Of a stretch of DNA of 64,000 nucleotides, positions 9,513-20,670 are shown piece after piece; the stretch's first letter is position 1; each line of letters opens with the position of its first letter. Both the position numbers and the translations under genes were made by a program. The notes under the pieces are model-generated. The model ran no database searches. It had not been told where the DNA came from and worked only from the letters and a program-made list of their open reading frames with translations. Location of the stretch: NCBI GenBank assembly GCA_004356985.1, contig SMXQ01000078.1, positions 593 through 64,592 on the forward strand, given 5' to 3'. Origin of the DNA: Alphaproteobacteria bacterium (GTDB lineage Bacteria > Pseudomonadota > Alphaproteobacteria > SMXQ01).

Positions 9513-9697
9513 TGCTCCCTCCGGGTTGCCGGCCCGCCTCGACCGGCCGCTCGGGCAAATTCCCGGCGAGACTACGGGCCCGGAAGATGGCGTGCAAGGG
9601 CCGTCCCGCGGCAACCGCCCCAGGCCCGGGTTGTGTCGCGCCCAGGCCTGGGATATGACACCGGGAGCGTTGCCAACGGGGGCCCGCGCGAAGGGCG

Positions 9698-10420
9698 ATG
9701 AACACGGCGGAATTTTTTATCAAGGGCCTGATCGTGGGCTTTCTGGTGGCCGCGCCGGTCGGCCCGGTCGCCGTAATGTGCATTCACCGCACCATCGCCC
9801 AGGGGCGTCTCGCCGGGTATGTCTGCGGCCTGGGCGCGACCCTGGCGGACACCGTTTTCGGCGCCGTCGCGGCCTTGGGCCTGGGCCTCATCGCCGCCGA
9901 GCTGATCGCCAACCAGGCCTGGTTCAGGATCGGCGGCGGCATCATCCTGGTCGCCCTTGGCCTCCGGCTGATGCTTTCCCGGCGCCTGACCCGCGGCGCC
10001 CAGGCCCAGGAGCGCCAAGAGGAGCGCCAAGAGGAAGGCCATGGGGAAGGCCATGGGGCGGCCTCCTTGTCGTCTTGGCGCGGGCTCGACCATCACATTG
10101 GCAACTTCGCCTCGGCCTTCGTGGTGATGATCACCAATCCCCTCACCCTGTTGTCCTTCGCCGCCATCTTCGCCGCCATCGACATCGCCGAGATCGGCGA
10201 AAAGAGGCTCTGGGCCTTTGCCCTGGTGGCCGGCATATTCGCCGGCGGGGCGCTGTGGTGGACCATCCTGATCACCGCCTCTTCCCTGTTCCGCCACCGC
10301 ATCGACGCGCAAGGCATCCTCTGGGTCAGCCGCGGCGCGGGCGCCCTGGTGCTGATCTTGGGCATGGTCATCCTGTTCTTCCCCGAACTCCTACCGCAAC
10401 GCGGAGCGGCGATTTCCTGA
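9698..10420 (+). CDS. LysE/RhtB family amino-acid exporter.
   Basis: 240 aa with 6 TM segments and a LysE-type N-terminus MNTAEFFIKGLIVGFLVAAPVGPV. Confidence 0.85.
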   Translation: MNTAEFFIKGLIVGFLVAAPVGPVAVMCIHRTIAQGRLAGYVCGLGATLADTVFGAVAALGLGLIAAELIANQAWFRIGGGIILVALGLRLMLSRRLTRGAQAQERQEERQEEGHGEGHGAASLSSWRGLDHHIGNFASAFVVMITNPLTLLSFAAIFAAIDIAEIGEKRLWAFALVAGIFAGGALWWTILITASSLFRHRIDAQGILWVSRGAGALVLILGMVILFFPELLPQRGAAIS

Positions 10421-10425
10421 CCGCT

Positions 10426-10494
10426 GCGCGGCGCAATTACCTAAATAGTAATCATATATATAAAATGATTATATTTTAGGCAATTGCGCCGCGC
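10426..10494. promoter_or_regulatory. 69-bp imperfect palindrome with GC-clamped arms and an AT-rich core, between lysE and the cyn operon. Bidirectional terminator and/or operator.
   Basis: GCGCGGCGCAATTACCTAAATAGTAATCAT ATATATAAA ATGATTATATTTTAGGCAATTGCGCCGCGC. About 30 of 35 arm positions pair. It lies in a locally AT-rich intergenic stretch (10430-10600). Confidence 0.45.
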
Positions 10495-10663
10495 ATGAGG
10501 GGGCAATAGGGCCCCCGGAAGAGGCGGCGGAATCTTTATAACATATTGAATAATAATATAGAATTTCCCTATATCGGGAAGTTAGGGGCGGTTGGCACGG
10601 CCTTTGCGAATGTGCCGTGGATTGCGAAAATTCTCGTATTTCCGCCAGCCAGGAGTGATTTCA

Positions 10664-12103
10664 ATGCCTTCCCCGTTCACAGACCCCTTCGATCCCCAAC
10701 GCGCCCTGACTTCGGGCTGCACATGTGGCCAGCACGAAAGCCAACGCCAACACGACGACGCCCTTGAGAGCGACGCGGTTTTGCGCAAGGCCGAAAGCGC
10801 CGGCACGGGCTTCGGCGACAGCCTGCGCGCCGAGGATTCGGCGGGCGATGAAGATCTTATCGGCCGCACGGTGGAATCCGCGGTGATGCGCGCGATCTTC
10901 CCCGACGACATCAAACGCCGGGCCTTCCTGGGTGCCGTCGGCGCCACCACCGCCGCCGCCGCCATCGCCGCCGTATTCCCCTTGGGCGCGGCCAAGGCGC
11001 TGGCGGCGGAAAAGACCGGGCCGCTGGAAAAAACCAAACTGAAGATCGGCTTCGTGCCCATCACCTGCGCCACGCCGATCATCATGGCCCATCCCATGGG
11101 CTTCTACCGGAAGTACGGGCTCGACGTCGATATCATCAAGACCGCCGGCTGGGCGGTGTCCCGCGACAAGTCGCTGTCCGGCGAATACGACGCCGCCCAT
11201 ATGTTGACGCCGATGCCGTTGGCCATCACCCTCGGCGTCGGTTCGCCGACCGTGCCCTGGACCATGCCGGCGGTGGAAAACATCAACGGCCAGGCCATCA
11301 CCCTGCACAAGAAGCACAAGGACAAGCGCGACCCCAGGCAATGGAAGGGCATGAAGTTCGCGGTGCCGTTCGACTATTCGATGCACAACTTCCTGCTGCG
11401 TTATTACGTCGCCGAACACGGGCTCGATCCCGACCGGGACATCCAGATTCGCGTGCTGCCGCCGCCCGAGATGGTCGCCAACCTGCGCGCCGAGAATGTC
11501 GACGGCTACCTTGCCCCCGATCCGTTCAACCAGCGCGCCGTCTATGACGGGATCGGCTTCATCCATCTGTTGACCAAGGACATCTGGGACGGCCACCCGT
11601 GCTGCGCCTTCGCCGCCTCCAAGCAATTCGTCACCGAAAACCCCAATACCTTCCTGGCCCTGTTCAAGGCCATCATCGACGCCACCGCCTATTCGTCGAA
11701 CAAGGAAAACCGCAAGGAAGTGGCCAAGGCGATCAGCCCGCGCAACTACCTGAACCAGCCGGAGACGGTGGTCCGCCAGGTCCTGACGGGCACCTTCGCC
11801 GACGGGCTGGGAAATATCCGCAGGGTTCCCGACCGCATCGATTTCAGCCCCTTCCCATGGCATTCCATGGCGGTGTGGATTCTCACCCAGATGAAGCGCT
11901 GGGGCTATATCAAGGGCGACATCGATTACCGCAAGGTCGCCGAGGAGGTTTTTCTCGCCACCGGCGCCAAGAAGGTGATGGCCGAGATGGGCTTGGATGC
12001 GCCCAATGAAACCTATCAATCCTACACCATCATGGGCAAGACCTTCGACCCCGCCAAGGCCGAGGCCTACGTCAAGAGCTTCGCCATCACCCGGGCCAGC
12101 TGA
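10664..12103 (+). CDS. cynA: NrtA/CmpA-family ABC substrate-binding protein (cyanate/nitrate/bicarbonate type) with a Tat signal.
   Basis: ORF 10592..12103. AGGAG RBS before ATG 10664. Twin-arginine motif KRRAFLGAVGATTAAAA. NrtA-like body. Operon context with cynS. Confidence 0.8.
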   Translation: MPSPFTDPFDPQRALTSGCTCGQHESQRQHDDALESDAVLRKAESAGTGFGDSLRAEDSAGDEDLIGRTVESAVMRAIFPDDIKRRAFLGAVGATTAAAAIAAVFPLGAAKALAAEKTGPLEKTKLKIGFVPITCATPIIMAHPMGFYRKYGLDVDIIKTAGWAVSRDKSLSGEYDAAHMLTPMPLAITLGVGSPTVPWTMPAVENINGQAITLHKKHKDKRDPRQWKGMKFAVPFDYSMHNFLLRYYVAEHGLDPDRDIQIRVLPPPEMVANLRAENVDGYLAPDPFNQRAVYDGIGFIHLLTKDIWDGHPCCAFAASKQFVTENPNTFLALFKAIIDATAYSSNKENRKEVAKAISPRNYLNQPETVVRQVLTGTFADGLGNIRRVPDRIDFSPFPWHSMAVWILTQMKRWGYIKGDIDYRKVAEEVFLATGAKKVMAEMGLDAPNETYQSYTIMGKTFDPAKAEAYVKSFAITRAS

Positions 12104-12111
12104 CGGGGCGG

Positions 12112-12954
12112 ATGATGGAAGAATCCAAATCCCGCCATGCGCTGGCCCTGTCGGCGCTTCTCCTGGCCCTGTTTCTCGGCGGCTGGCAACTGGCCATCAG
12201 CGGCGGCGGCGGGCCGGTTCCCGACATGGACCCGGAATACGCCGCCCTCATGGGCGACATCGCCAAGGGCGGCTCGGCCTTGCCGTCGCCCCTCGATGTC
12301 GCCAAGGAGATGTGGCGGCACATTTCCGACCCCTTCTACGATAAGGGACCCAACGACAAGGGCATCGGCATCCAGCTCGCCTATTCTCTCACCCGGGTGC
12401 TGATCGGCTTCCTGATCGCCACACTGGTGGCGATCCCCTTGGGCTTCCTGATCGGCATGTCGCCGCTGTTCTACAGGGCGCTGGATCCGTTCATCCAAAT
12501 TCTCAAGCCCATCTCGCCGCTCGCGTGGATGCCGCTGGCGCTCTACACCATCAAGGATTCGGACATCTCATCGGTGTTCGTCATTTTCATCTGCTCGATC
12601 TGGCCGATGCTGATGAACACCGCGTTCGGCGTCGCCTCGGTACGCCGGGACTGGCTTAATGTCGCCAAGACCCTGGAGGTGGGCCGCCTGCGCACCGCCT
12701 TCAGGGTCATCCTCCCGGCCGCGGCCCCCACCATCATGACCGGCATGCGCATCGCCTTGGCCATCGCCTGGCTGGTGATCGTCGCCGCCGAAATGCTGGT
12801 CGGCGGCACCGGGGTCGGATACTTCGTGTGGAACGAATGGAACAACCTGTCCATCACCAACATCATCTGCGCTATCTTGTTCATCGGCCTGGTGGGCATG
12901 GCGCTGGACCAGGCGCTCCATGGCCTTTCCAAACTCGTCACCTATACGGAATAG
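12112..12954 (+). CDS. cynB: ABC transporter permease, NrtB/CynB type.
   Basis: 280 aa with 6 TM segments and an EAA-like loop. Confidence 0.85.
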   Translation: MMEESKSRHALALSALLLALFLGGWQLAISGGGGPVPDMDPEYAALMGDIAKGGSALPSPLDVAKEMWRHISDPFYDKGPNDKGIGIQLAYSLTRVLIGFLIATLVAIPLGFLIGMSPLFYRALDPFIQILKPISPLAWMPLALYTIKDSDISSVFVIFICSIWPMLMNTAFGVASVRRDWLNVAKTLEVGRLRTAFRVILPAAAPTIMTGMRIALAIAWLVIVAAEMLVGGTGVGYFVWNEWNNLSITNIICAILFIGLVGMALDQALHGLSKLVTYTE

Positions 12955-12968
12955 AACGGAGACCGGTC

Positions 12969-13865
12969 ATGGATCGCAATAATTTGATCTCCGTCGAAGG
13001 CTTGGCGCGGCGCTTCCCGGGCGCCGGCGGCGACGATCCCGTCACCGTCTTCGACGATCTGTGGTTCGCGGCGGCCAAGGGGGAATTCGTCTGCCTCATC
13101 GGCCACTCGGGCTGCGGCAAGTCGACCATCCTCAATATCCTCGCCGGCATCGACCGGCCCACCGAGGGCACGGTCATCGTCGATGGCAAAGAGGTCACCG
13201 GGCCGTCCCTCGACCGCGCCGTGGTGTTCCAGGGCCACGCCCTGATGCCCTGGATGACGACCATGGGCAACATCGCCTTCGCGGTGCGTTCCCGCTGGCC
13301 GCGCTGGCCGCGGTCCAAAATCCGCGACCACTGCCAAGCCTATATCGACATGGTCCATCTGACGGGATCGGAAAACAAGAAGCCGGCCCAGCTTTCGGGC
13401 GGCATGCGCCAACGCGTCGGCATCGCCCGGGCGCTCGCCATAGAGCCCCGGATCATGCTGCTCGACGAGCCCTTCAGCGCGCTCGATGCGCTAACCCGCG
13501 GCGCCCTTCAGGACGAGCTTTTGGATATCTGCGCCAAGACCCGCCAGACCACCTTCATGATCACCCACGATATCGACGAGGCGCTGCTGTTGGCCGATCG
13601 CATCCTGCTGATGACCAACGGCCCCAAGGCGCGGATCGCCGAAATCGTCGTCAACACGCTTCCCAAGGGGCGGACGCGCAGCGAGTTCCATCGCCACGCC
13701 AACTATTACCCCTTGCGCAATCACCTGATCGACTTCCTGGTGAGCCGCTCGGAGGCGTTGCGCGAATTGGTCGCCGGGGTCGACCCCCGCAAGCCGCCCG
13801 CGGTCTTCCCCCGGGCCGAGGAGCCCGGCCAACCACCCGCCGTCATCGCTGACGCCACCGCCTGA
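12969..13865 (+). CDS. cynD: ABC transporter ATP-binding protein, NrtD/CynD type.
   Basis: ORF 12828..13865. Probable start [11 protein letters not shown] at 12969 after a GGAGA RBS. Walker [10 protein letters not shown], signature LSGGMRQR, Walker [11 protein letters not shown]. Confidence 0.85.
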   Translation: MDRNNLISVEGLARRFPGAGGDDPVTVFDDLWFAAAKGEFVCLIGHSGCGKSTILNILAGIDRPTEGTVIVDGKEVTGPSLDRAVVFQGHALMPWMTTMGNIAFAVRSRWPRWPRSKIRDHCQAYIDMVHLTGSENKKPAQLSGGMRQRVGIARALAIEPRIMLLDEPFSALDALTRGALQDELLDICAKTRQTTFMITHDIDEALLLADRILLMTNGPKARIAEIVVNTLPKGRTRSEFHRHANYYPLRNHLIDFLVSRSEALRELVAGVDPRKPPAVFPRAEEPGQPPAVIADATA

Positions 13866-13913
13866 TTGATCCAACCGCGCCAACCCGCGCCCATCGACGA
13901 GAAGGACATTTCC

Positions 13914-14444
13914 ATGACCCAAGCAGAGCCCACAGAGAACGCCGTCGGCCAGCCGGCCACCACCGCCGGAGCCGCCATCGCGCCCCTGACCCGGGCCCCC
14001 ATGACCCGGGCCGATGTCACCGCCAAGATCCTCGCCGCCAAGCTGGCCAAGGGCCTGACCTGGGAGCACTTGGCGCAAGCCGTCGGCCAATCCAAGGTCT
14101 GGGCCACCGCCGCCCTGCTCGGCCAGATGCAGATGAGTAATGAGGAGGCCGAGGCCGTGGCCGGGCTGTTGGACCTCGACGAGATGGAAACCAGGCTGCT
14201 GGCGACCTGCCCGAGCCGCGGATCCCTCGGCCGCGAGGTGCCCACCGATGCGCTGATCTACCGCTTCTACGAGATCGTCCAGGTCTACGGCACCACCTTG
14301 AAGGCGGTGATCGAGGAGGAATTCGGCGACGGCATCATGAGCGCCATCGATTTCTCCATGACCGTGGAACGGGTGCCCGACCCCAACGGCGACCGGGTCA
14401 AGGTCACCATGAACGGCAAATTCCTGCCCTATAAACGCTACTAA
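13914..14444 (+). CDS. cynS: Cyanate hydratase (cyanase).
   Basis: C-terminal two-thirds aligns with E. coli CynS: ...ATAALLGQ..., ...YRFYEIVQVYGTTLKAVIEEEFGDGIMSAIDF..., ...MNGKFLPYKRY. The biological start is more likely the internal ATG at 14001 (MTRADVTAKILAAK, about 147 aa). Confidence 0.85.
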   Translation: MTQAEPTENAVGQPATTAGAAIAPLTRAPMTRADVTAKILAAKLAKGLTWEHLAQAVGQSKVWATAALLGQMQMSNEEAEAVAGLLDLDEMETRLLATCPSRGSLGREVPTDALIYRFYEIVQVYGTTLKAVIEEEFGDGIMSAIDFSMTVERVPDPNGDRVKVTMNGKFLPYKRY

Positions 14445-14496
14445 GCGGCGGGCCCGGCGCGGGACCGGGCCTAAGGCCGGGCCCTAAAGCCAGGGC

Positions 14497-15510
14497 CTAG
14501 AGATAGCCCCGGGCCAGTTCCTCGGCGATCTGCACGGTGTTGAGCGCCGCCCCCTTGCGCAGGTTGTCCGACACCACCCACAGCGATAGGCCGTATTCCA
14601 CGGTGTCGTCGACGCGGATGCGGCTGACATAGACGGCATTCTCGCCGGCGCATTCCTCGGGCGTCACGTAACCCTCGTCGGCGCGGCGGTCGACCACCAC
14701 GATTCCCGGCGCCTCTTCGAGCGCCTCGCGCGCCTGGTCGGCGGGCAGCGGGCTCTCGAACTCGATATTGATCGCCTCGCCATGGCCGATGAACACTGGC
14801 ACCCGCACGCAGGTGGCCTGGACCTCGATGGCGGGATCGAGGATCTTCTGGGTCTCGACCCGCATCTTCCACTCTTCCTTGGTGGCGCCGTCCTCCATGA
14901 ACGCGTCGATATGGGGGATGACGTTGAAGGCGATCTGCTTGGTGAACTGCTCCTTGACCAATGGGTCGTTGACGAAGATCGCCCGGGTCTGGGTGAACAG
15001 TTCGTCCATGGCCGCCTTGCCGGCGCCCGACACCGACTGGTAGGTGGCCACCACCACCCGGCGGATGGTGGCGAGATCGTGGAGCGGCTTGAGGGCCACC
15101 ACCATCTGGATGGTCGAGCAATTGGGGTTGGCGATGATGTTGCGTTCATGGGCCCCGGCCAGGGCCTCGGGGTTGACCTCGGGCACCACCAGGGGAACGT
15201 CCTCGTCCATGCGGAAGCGCGACGAATTGTCGATCACCATGCAGCCGGCGGCGGCGGCGCGCGGCGCGTGGATGTCGGCGACCGCGGCGCCGGCGGAAAA
15301 CAGCGCGATGTCGGTGCCCTCGAAGTCGTAGTGGTCGAGCACGGCGGCCTTGAGCACCTTTTTCTCGCCGAACGACACCTCCTTGCCGCGCGAGGCCGAG
15401 GAGGCTAGCGCGACCACTTGGTCGGCGGGAAATTTCCGCTCCGACAAGGTCTGCAGCATCTCCCGGCCGACATTGCCGGTGGCGCCGACCACGGCGAGCT
15501 TGTACCCCAT
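14497..15510 (-). CDS. asd: Aspartate-semialdehyde dehydrogenase.
   Basis: 337 aa. MGYKLAVVGATGNVGREM N-terminus and the catalytic NPNCSTI motif. Confidence 0.93.
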   Translation of the reverse strand: MGYKLAVVGATGNVGREMLQTLSERKFPADQVVALASSASRGKEVSFGEKKVLKAAVLDHYDFEGTDIALFSAGAAVADIHAPRAAAAGCMVIDNSSRFRMDEDVPLVVPEVNPEALAGAHERNIIANPNCSTIQMVVALKPLHDLATIRRVVVATYQSVSGAGKAAMDELFTQTRAIFVNDPLVKEQFTKQIAFNVIPHIDAFMEDGATKEEWKMRVETQKILDPAIEVQATCVRVPVFIGHGEAINIEFESPLPADQAREALEEAPGIVVVDRRADEGYVTPEECAGENAVYVSRIRVDDTVEYGLSLWVVSDNLRKGAALNTVQIAEELARGYL

Positions 15511-15544
15511 GGGCCTAGTGTCCTGACTGTCCTATGAATGGGCG

Positions 15545-15626
15545 CCGATCACTTACCCCTAAAGGCGCGCGAGCGCAAGCGGGGCGGGCCCCACGCGGAG
15601 TGGATCACCTGCCCCTAAGCACGCGT
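15545..15626. promoter_or_regulatory. Pair of imperfect 27-nt direct repeats (GATCAC..CCCCTAA..CGCG) upstream of asd.
   Basis: GCCGATCACTTACCCCTAAAGGCGCGCG at about 15545-15572 and GTGGATCACCTGCCCCTAAGCACGCGTT at about 15601-15628, roughly 20 of 27 positions identical. Confidence 0.25.
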
Positions 15627-15751
15627 TGATCATCGGCTGGCTTCAGCCCGGTAACGGGGATGGATCAGGGCCGCTGGGCCAGGCCGGGGCGGCGGGTGCC
15701 GGCCCGGGGCTCGGCGAGAACCAAGTCGAAGCCGCGCCGCATCACGCTGCT

Positions 15752-15904
15752 GAGGGAGGTAGCCTAGATGCGATACGTCTGCTTATCGCCTCTGGTGCTG
15801 ATTTGAATGTGAAAAATACGGCAGGAAAAACGCCGCTGGCGGTTTCCAAGCACCATGACCAGCCCTCCACTACCGAGTTACTTATGGATGCTGGTGGCAG
15901 GTAA
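15752..15904 (+). pseudogene. 3' fragment (about 45 codons) of an ankyrin-repeat protein gene, truncated at the island boundary.
   Basis: Translation ...GSLDAIRLLIASGADLNVKNTAGKTPLAVSKHHDQPSTTELLMDAGGR* is a canonical ankyrin repeat. Upstream in the same frame is native GC-rich non-coding DNA, and GC falls from about 70% to about 40% exactly where the ankyrin frame begins. Confidence 0.5.
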
Positions 15905-16825
15905 TAACGAAGCCTTCTGGCTAATACCGGACGTTGGCATTATTTCTGGTATTGACCAAGGCTGTTGAAAAACTATGTCATTGAAGACCTGAGCGGAACA
16001 ATTGAACCCAGGGCAAGAACCAAGTGAATCATTCTCGCCCAAATGGCCCAATGCGCGAATCTCTCTTGCGTTCCAAAGCTATCGATTTAGTTTTTCAACA
16101 GCCTCGGTCATAAGCGGACTTTTAATCGGTTCAGTAGCTCCCCAATTCGATTGTTCCAGTGGCGAGCAATAAAGATTTTTCTTTATCTGATTTCGCTTTG
16201 TAAACGGCCTTAATAATGGCGAAATAGGAATTTCCTCTGCCACCAGAGCACGGTGGGACATATCCCTTTCCCCAAGCGCGATTGTCTGCTTCGATAAAAC
16301 TACCCTTGGGTAGTTTGTCTGACAAACCAGGAACAGAAGGTAACGTGGCTGGATTCGCAGCGCCTATCCAAAATCCGATTTTTCCGTGCCCGCCATCGTA
16401 ACTTAATGGGCGATAATCGCTATCGTTAAACTCCACAATTATTGCATTAGTGCCGGAAGGAATATTATCGACGATCAGAGCGGGTGTGGCCCCGTGTCCA
16501 TCTTGGCTGGGACATTGCTGACCATCCGGGATAGTTTTTCCATCCCAAGCAGGATCAGCAAACGCAATCTTTAATTTCGGTAAATTTTCCGAAACTGCCT
16601 TGTACTCGGATGCTTCTATCTCTCCTACGGTGAGAGCCATAAGGCCTGATGCTAGGGTGAATACAGCTAGGACTGATAGCATTCTCAAAGACATAGCACG
16701 AATCCTTCTTCTTCCCCATATTGTCCCGGAGTACAGATTAACCCCGCTAGTTCATGAAATTCAAATAAGAATTAATTTAGCGAGTAGTGGCGAACTAATT
16801 TTTTGAACTTATGTCCGCTCATAGC
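15760..16825. other. Low-GC (about 40%) island of about 1.05 kb between asd and leuB; a horizontally acquired remnant with no mobility genes.
   Basis: Abrupt compositional shift at both edges. Holds the ankyrin fragment, about 230 nt of AT-rich spacer and a PEBP-like gene with its own AT-rich promoter. Confidence 0.6.
16131..16694 (-). CDS. Secreted PEBP-like (YbhB/YbcL family) protein with a signal peptide.
   Basis: 187 aa. Signal peptide MSLRMLSVLAVFTLASGLMALT. Pattern ...ALIVDNIPSGTNAIIVEFNDSDYRP...GHGKIGFWIG...GYVPPCSGGRGNSYFAI... resembles the YbhB/YbcL PEBP signature (D-x-DAP, G-Y-x-G-P-x-P). GAAGGA RBS. Atypical codon usage. Confidence 0.55.
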   Translation of the reverse strand: MSLRMLSVLAVFTLASGLMALTVGEIEASEYKAVSENLPKLKIAFADPAWDGKTIPDGQQCPSQDGHGATPALIVDNIPSGTNAIIVEFNDSDYRPLSYDGGHGKIGFWIGAANPATLPSVPGLSDKLPKGSFIEADNRAWGKGYVPPCSGGRGNSYFAIIKAVYKAKSDKEKSLLLATGTIELGSY

Positions 16826-16849
16826 CCAAGGCAAACATCCCACGCGGCC

Positions 16850-17962
<1,113 letters not shown>

Positions 17963-17969
17963 GGTGTCT

Positions 17970-17997
17970 CATCACTGGTTGGGCATCACTGGTTGGG
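17970..17997. repeat. Tandem duplication of the 14-nt unit CATCACTGGTTGGG in the leuB-leuD spacer.
   Basis: Read directly: two exact adjacent copies. Confidence 0.6.
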
Positions 17998-18031
17998 AAA
18001 TTGAGTTGCGGTGGCCGGGCGTGGGCCGCGC

Positions 18032-18643
18032 CTAGCCGTACAGCCAGGGCGTCGTTTTCTTCTGGCCGCTTTCGAAATCCGCGATCTCGGCCTTCTTCTG
18101 GAGGGTCAGGGCGATGTCGTCGAGCCCGTTGAGCAGGCAATTCTTGCGGAAGGGATCGATGTCGAAGGCGATCTCCTCGCCGTCGGGGCGGATCACCACC
18201 TGGCGTTCCAGGTCCACGGAAAGCCGCGCGTTCCCGCCCTTCTCCGCGTCCTCCATGAGCTTGTCCACGTCGTCCTGGGGAAGCTTGACCAACAGCATGC
18301 CGTTCTTGAACGCGTTGGTATAGAAGATATCGGCGAAATCCGGGGCGATGACGCAGCGGATGCCGAAACCGTCGAGCGCCCAGACCGCGTGTTCCCGCGA
18401 CGATCCGCAGCCGAAATTCTTGCCCGTCACCAGGATCTCGGCCTTGCGGTAGGGCTCCTTGTTGAGGACGAAATCGGGGTCTTCGGAGCCGTCGGCCTTA
18501 TAGCGGATGGCCTCGAACAGGGCCGGGCCGAGGCCGGTGCGCTTGATGGTCTTGAGCCACACGGCGGGGATGATCTTGTCGGTGTCGACGTTGATCATGG
18601 GCAAGGGCGCGGCGATGCCGGTGAGGGTGGTGAATTTTTCCAT
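18032..18643 (-). CDS. leuD: 3-isopropylmalate dehydratase small subunit.
   Basis: 203 aa; [26 protein letters not shown]. Confidence 0.93.
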   Translation of the reverse strand: MEKFTTLTGIAAPLPMINVDTDKIIPAVWLKTIKRTGLGPALFEAIRYKADGSEDPDFVLNKEPYRKAEILVTGKNFGCGSSREHAVWALDGFGIRCVIAPDFADIFYTNAFKNGMLLVKLPQDDVDKLMEDAEKGGNARLSVDLERQVVIRPDGEEIAFDIDPFRKNCLLNGLDDIALTLQKKAEIADFESGQKKTTPWLYG

Positions 18644-18653
18644 GGCCCGCTGC

Positions 18654-20060
18654 TCAGTCGAAATCGCGCACGTCGGCGATGTGGCCGGCGATGGCCGCCG
18701 CGGCGACCATGGCCGGGCTCATCAGATGGGTGCGCCCGCCGGGGCCTTGGCGGCCCTCGAAATTACGGTTGGAGGTGGAGGCCGCGCGTTCGCCGGGCGC
18801 CAGCTTGTCGGGGTTCATGGCCAGGCACATGGAGCATCCCGGCTCACGCCACTCGAAACCGGCTTGCGTGAACACCGTGTCGAGCCCTTCGTCTTCGGCC
18901 TGTTTCTTGACCAGGCCGGAACCCGGCACCACCAGGGCGCGGATGCCAGGGGCGACCTTGCGGCCCTTGGCGATGGCGGCGGCCTCGCGCAGGTCCTCGA
19001 TGCGGCCATTGGTGCAGGACCCGATGAACGCGGTCCGGATGGGAATCCCGGCAAGCTTGGTGCCCGGCTCCAGGCCCATGTATTCCAGCGCCCGTTCCAT
19101 GGACCGGCGCTTGGCCGCGTCCTTGGCGGCGGCCGGGTCGGGAACCTGGCCGGTGATGGGCAGCACGTCCTCGGGGCTGGTGCCCCAGGTGACCAGGGGC
19201 TCGATGTCCGCCGCCGACAGGGTGATCTCGGAATCATAGGTGGCACCCGGGTCCGACGGCAGGGTCTTCCAATGGGCCAGGGCGGCATCCCATTGGTCGG
19301 CGCCCGGCGCCATGGGCCGGCCCAAAATATAGGCAAAGGTGGTCTCGTCGGGGGCGATCAGCCCGGCCCGGGCGCCGGCCTCAATGGACATGTTGCAGAC
19401 CGTCATGCGCCCTTCCATGGAAAGTGCCGAGATCGCCTCGCCGGTGTATTCAATGACGTGGCCGGTGCCGCCGGCGGTGCCGATTTGGCCGATGATGGCG
19501 AGGATGATGTCCTTGGCGCCGACCCCCGGATGGGGGCTGCCGGTGACCGTGATGCGCATGTTCTTGGCCGGTTTCTGGATCAGCGTCTGGGTGGCGAGAA
19601 CGTGTTCCACCTCGGACGTGCCGACGCCGAAGGCGAGCGCCCCGAAGGCGCCATGGGTGGCGGTGTGGGAATCGCCGCAGACGATGGTCATGCCGGGCTG
19701 GGTGAAGCCCTGCTCGGGGCCGATGATATGGACGATCCCCTGGCGGATATCGGTCAACGGGAAATAGGGCAGGCCGAATTCGGCGGCGTTCTTTTCCAGG
19801 GTCTCGACCTGGATGCGCGAATCGTCGTCGGCGATGGGCTTGTCGCGGTCGGTGGTGGGTACGTTGTGGTCGGCCACCACCAGGGTCGCCTCGGGGCGGC
19901 GCGCCTTGCGCCCGGCCAAGCGCAGTCCGTCGAAGGCCTGGGCGCTGGTCACCTCGTGCACCATGTGGCGGTCGATATACAACAAGCATGTGCCGTCGGC
20001 ATCCCGGCGGACGACGTGGCTGTCCCAAATCTTGTCGAACAGCGTCTTTGGGGAGGTCAT
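18654..20060 (-). CDS. leuC: 3-isopropylmalate dehydratase large subunit.
   Basis: 468 aa. Aconitase-family Cys ligands in ...[13 protein letters not shown]... and ...GCSMCLAMN.... Confidence 0.93.
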   Translation of the reverse strand: MTSPKTLFDKIWDSHVVRRDADGTCLLYIDRHMVHEVTSAQAFDGLRLAGRKARRPEATLVVADHNVPTTDRDKPIADDDSRIQVETLEKNAAEFGLPYFPLTDIRQGIVHIIGPEQGFTQPGMTIVCGDSHTATHGAFGALAFGVGTSEVEHVLATQTLIQKPAKNMRITVTGSPHPGVGAKDIILAIIGQIGTAGGTGHVIEYTGEAISALSMEGRMTVCNMSIEAGARAGLIAPDETTFAYILGRPMAPGADQWDAALAHWKTLPSDPGATYDSEITLSAADIEPLVTWGTSPEDVLPITGQVPDPAAAKDAAKRRSMERALEYMGLEPGTKLAGIPIRTAFIGSCTNGRIEDLREAAAIAKGRKVAPGIRALVVPGSGLVKKQAEDEGLDTVFTQAGFEWREPGCSMCLAMNPDKLAPGERAASTSNRNFEGRQGPGGRTHLMSPAMVAAAAIAGHIADVRDFD

Positions 20061-20114
20061 GGTGTCCTCGTCTGTTTCCCGGGCGCGATGCGACGACCCA
20101 GGCGGTTTCGCGGG

Positions 20115-20603
20115 TTAGTCCTTTTTCTTGGCTTTTTTGGCTTTCTTGGTTTTCTCGGTTTTCTTGGCTTTCGGCGCTTGGGTCTCGGCCTTGATTTCGG
20201 GCGCCGCCAAGTCCGTCGCCGCGGCGGCGGCCTTGTCGGGGCGGCGGGTGACCCGTTCGGCGATGCGCGCGCGCTTGCCCGTGCGCCCGCGCAGGTAATA
20301 CAGCTTGGCCCGGCGCACGGCGCCCCGGCGCTTCACCTCGATGCCGACGATATTAGGGGAAAACAGCGGGAAAATCCGTTCCACCCCCTCGCCATAGGAC
20401 AGCTTGCGGACCGTGAAGGACGAGTTCACCCCGGCGTTCTTACGGCCGATACACACGCCCTCGAAGGCCTGGACCCTCTCGCGCGTGCCCTCGACCACCT
20501 TGACGCTGACGCGCACGGTGTCGCCGGGGCCGAAATCGGGCACCTCCCTCATGGCCGTCAGCCGCTCCATTTCCTTGGCCTCGAGCTTTTCGATGATATT
20601 CAT
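20115..20603 (-). CDS. rplS: 50S ribosomal protein L19 with a C-terminal Lys/Ala-rich tail.
   Basis: 162 aa. The L19 core [12 protein letters not shown]...[23 protein letters not shown] is followed by ...[20 protein letters not shown]. Confidence 0.9.
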   Translation of the reverse strand: MNIIEKLEAKEMERLTAMREVPDFGPGDTVRVSVKVVEGTRERVQAFEGVCIGRKNAGVNSSFTVRKLSYGEGVERIFPLFSPNIVGIEVKRRGAVRRAKLYYLRGRTGKRARIAERVTRRPDKAAAAATDLAAPEIKAETQAPKAKKTEKTKKAKKAKKKD

Positions 20604-20670
20604 GACTCCGTTCCTTGCATTCCGCCGCCTGGGGTCGCGCCCGAGGCGGGCCTTGGTGAACTTCCGATGG

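Noticed and set aside
10661-12019. 452-aa minus-strand ORF opposite the cynA-like gene.
   Set aside because: Antisense artefact; the plus-strand product has a Tat signal and an NrtA-like body.
16079-16261. 60-aa minus ORF at the 3' end of the PEBP-like gene.
   Set aside because: Overlaps the better-supported PEBP-like ORF in another frame; no RBS.
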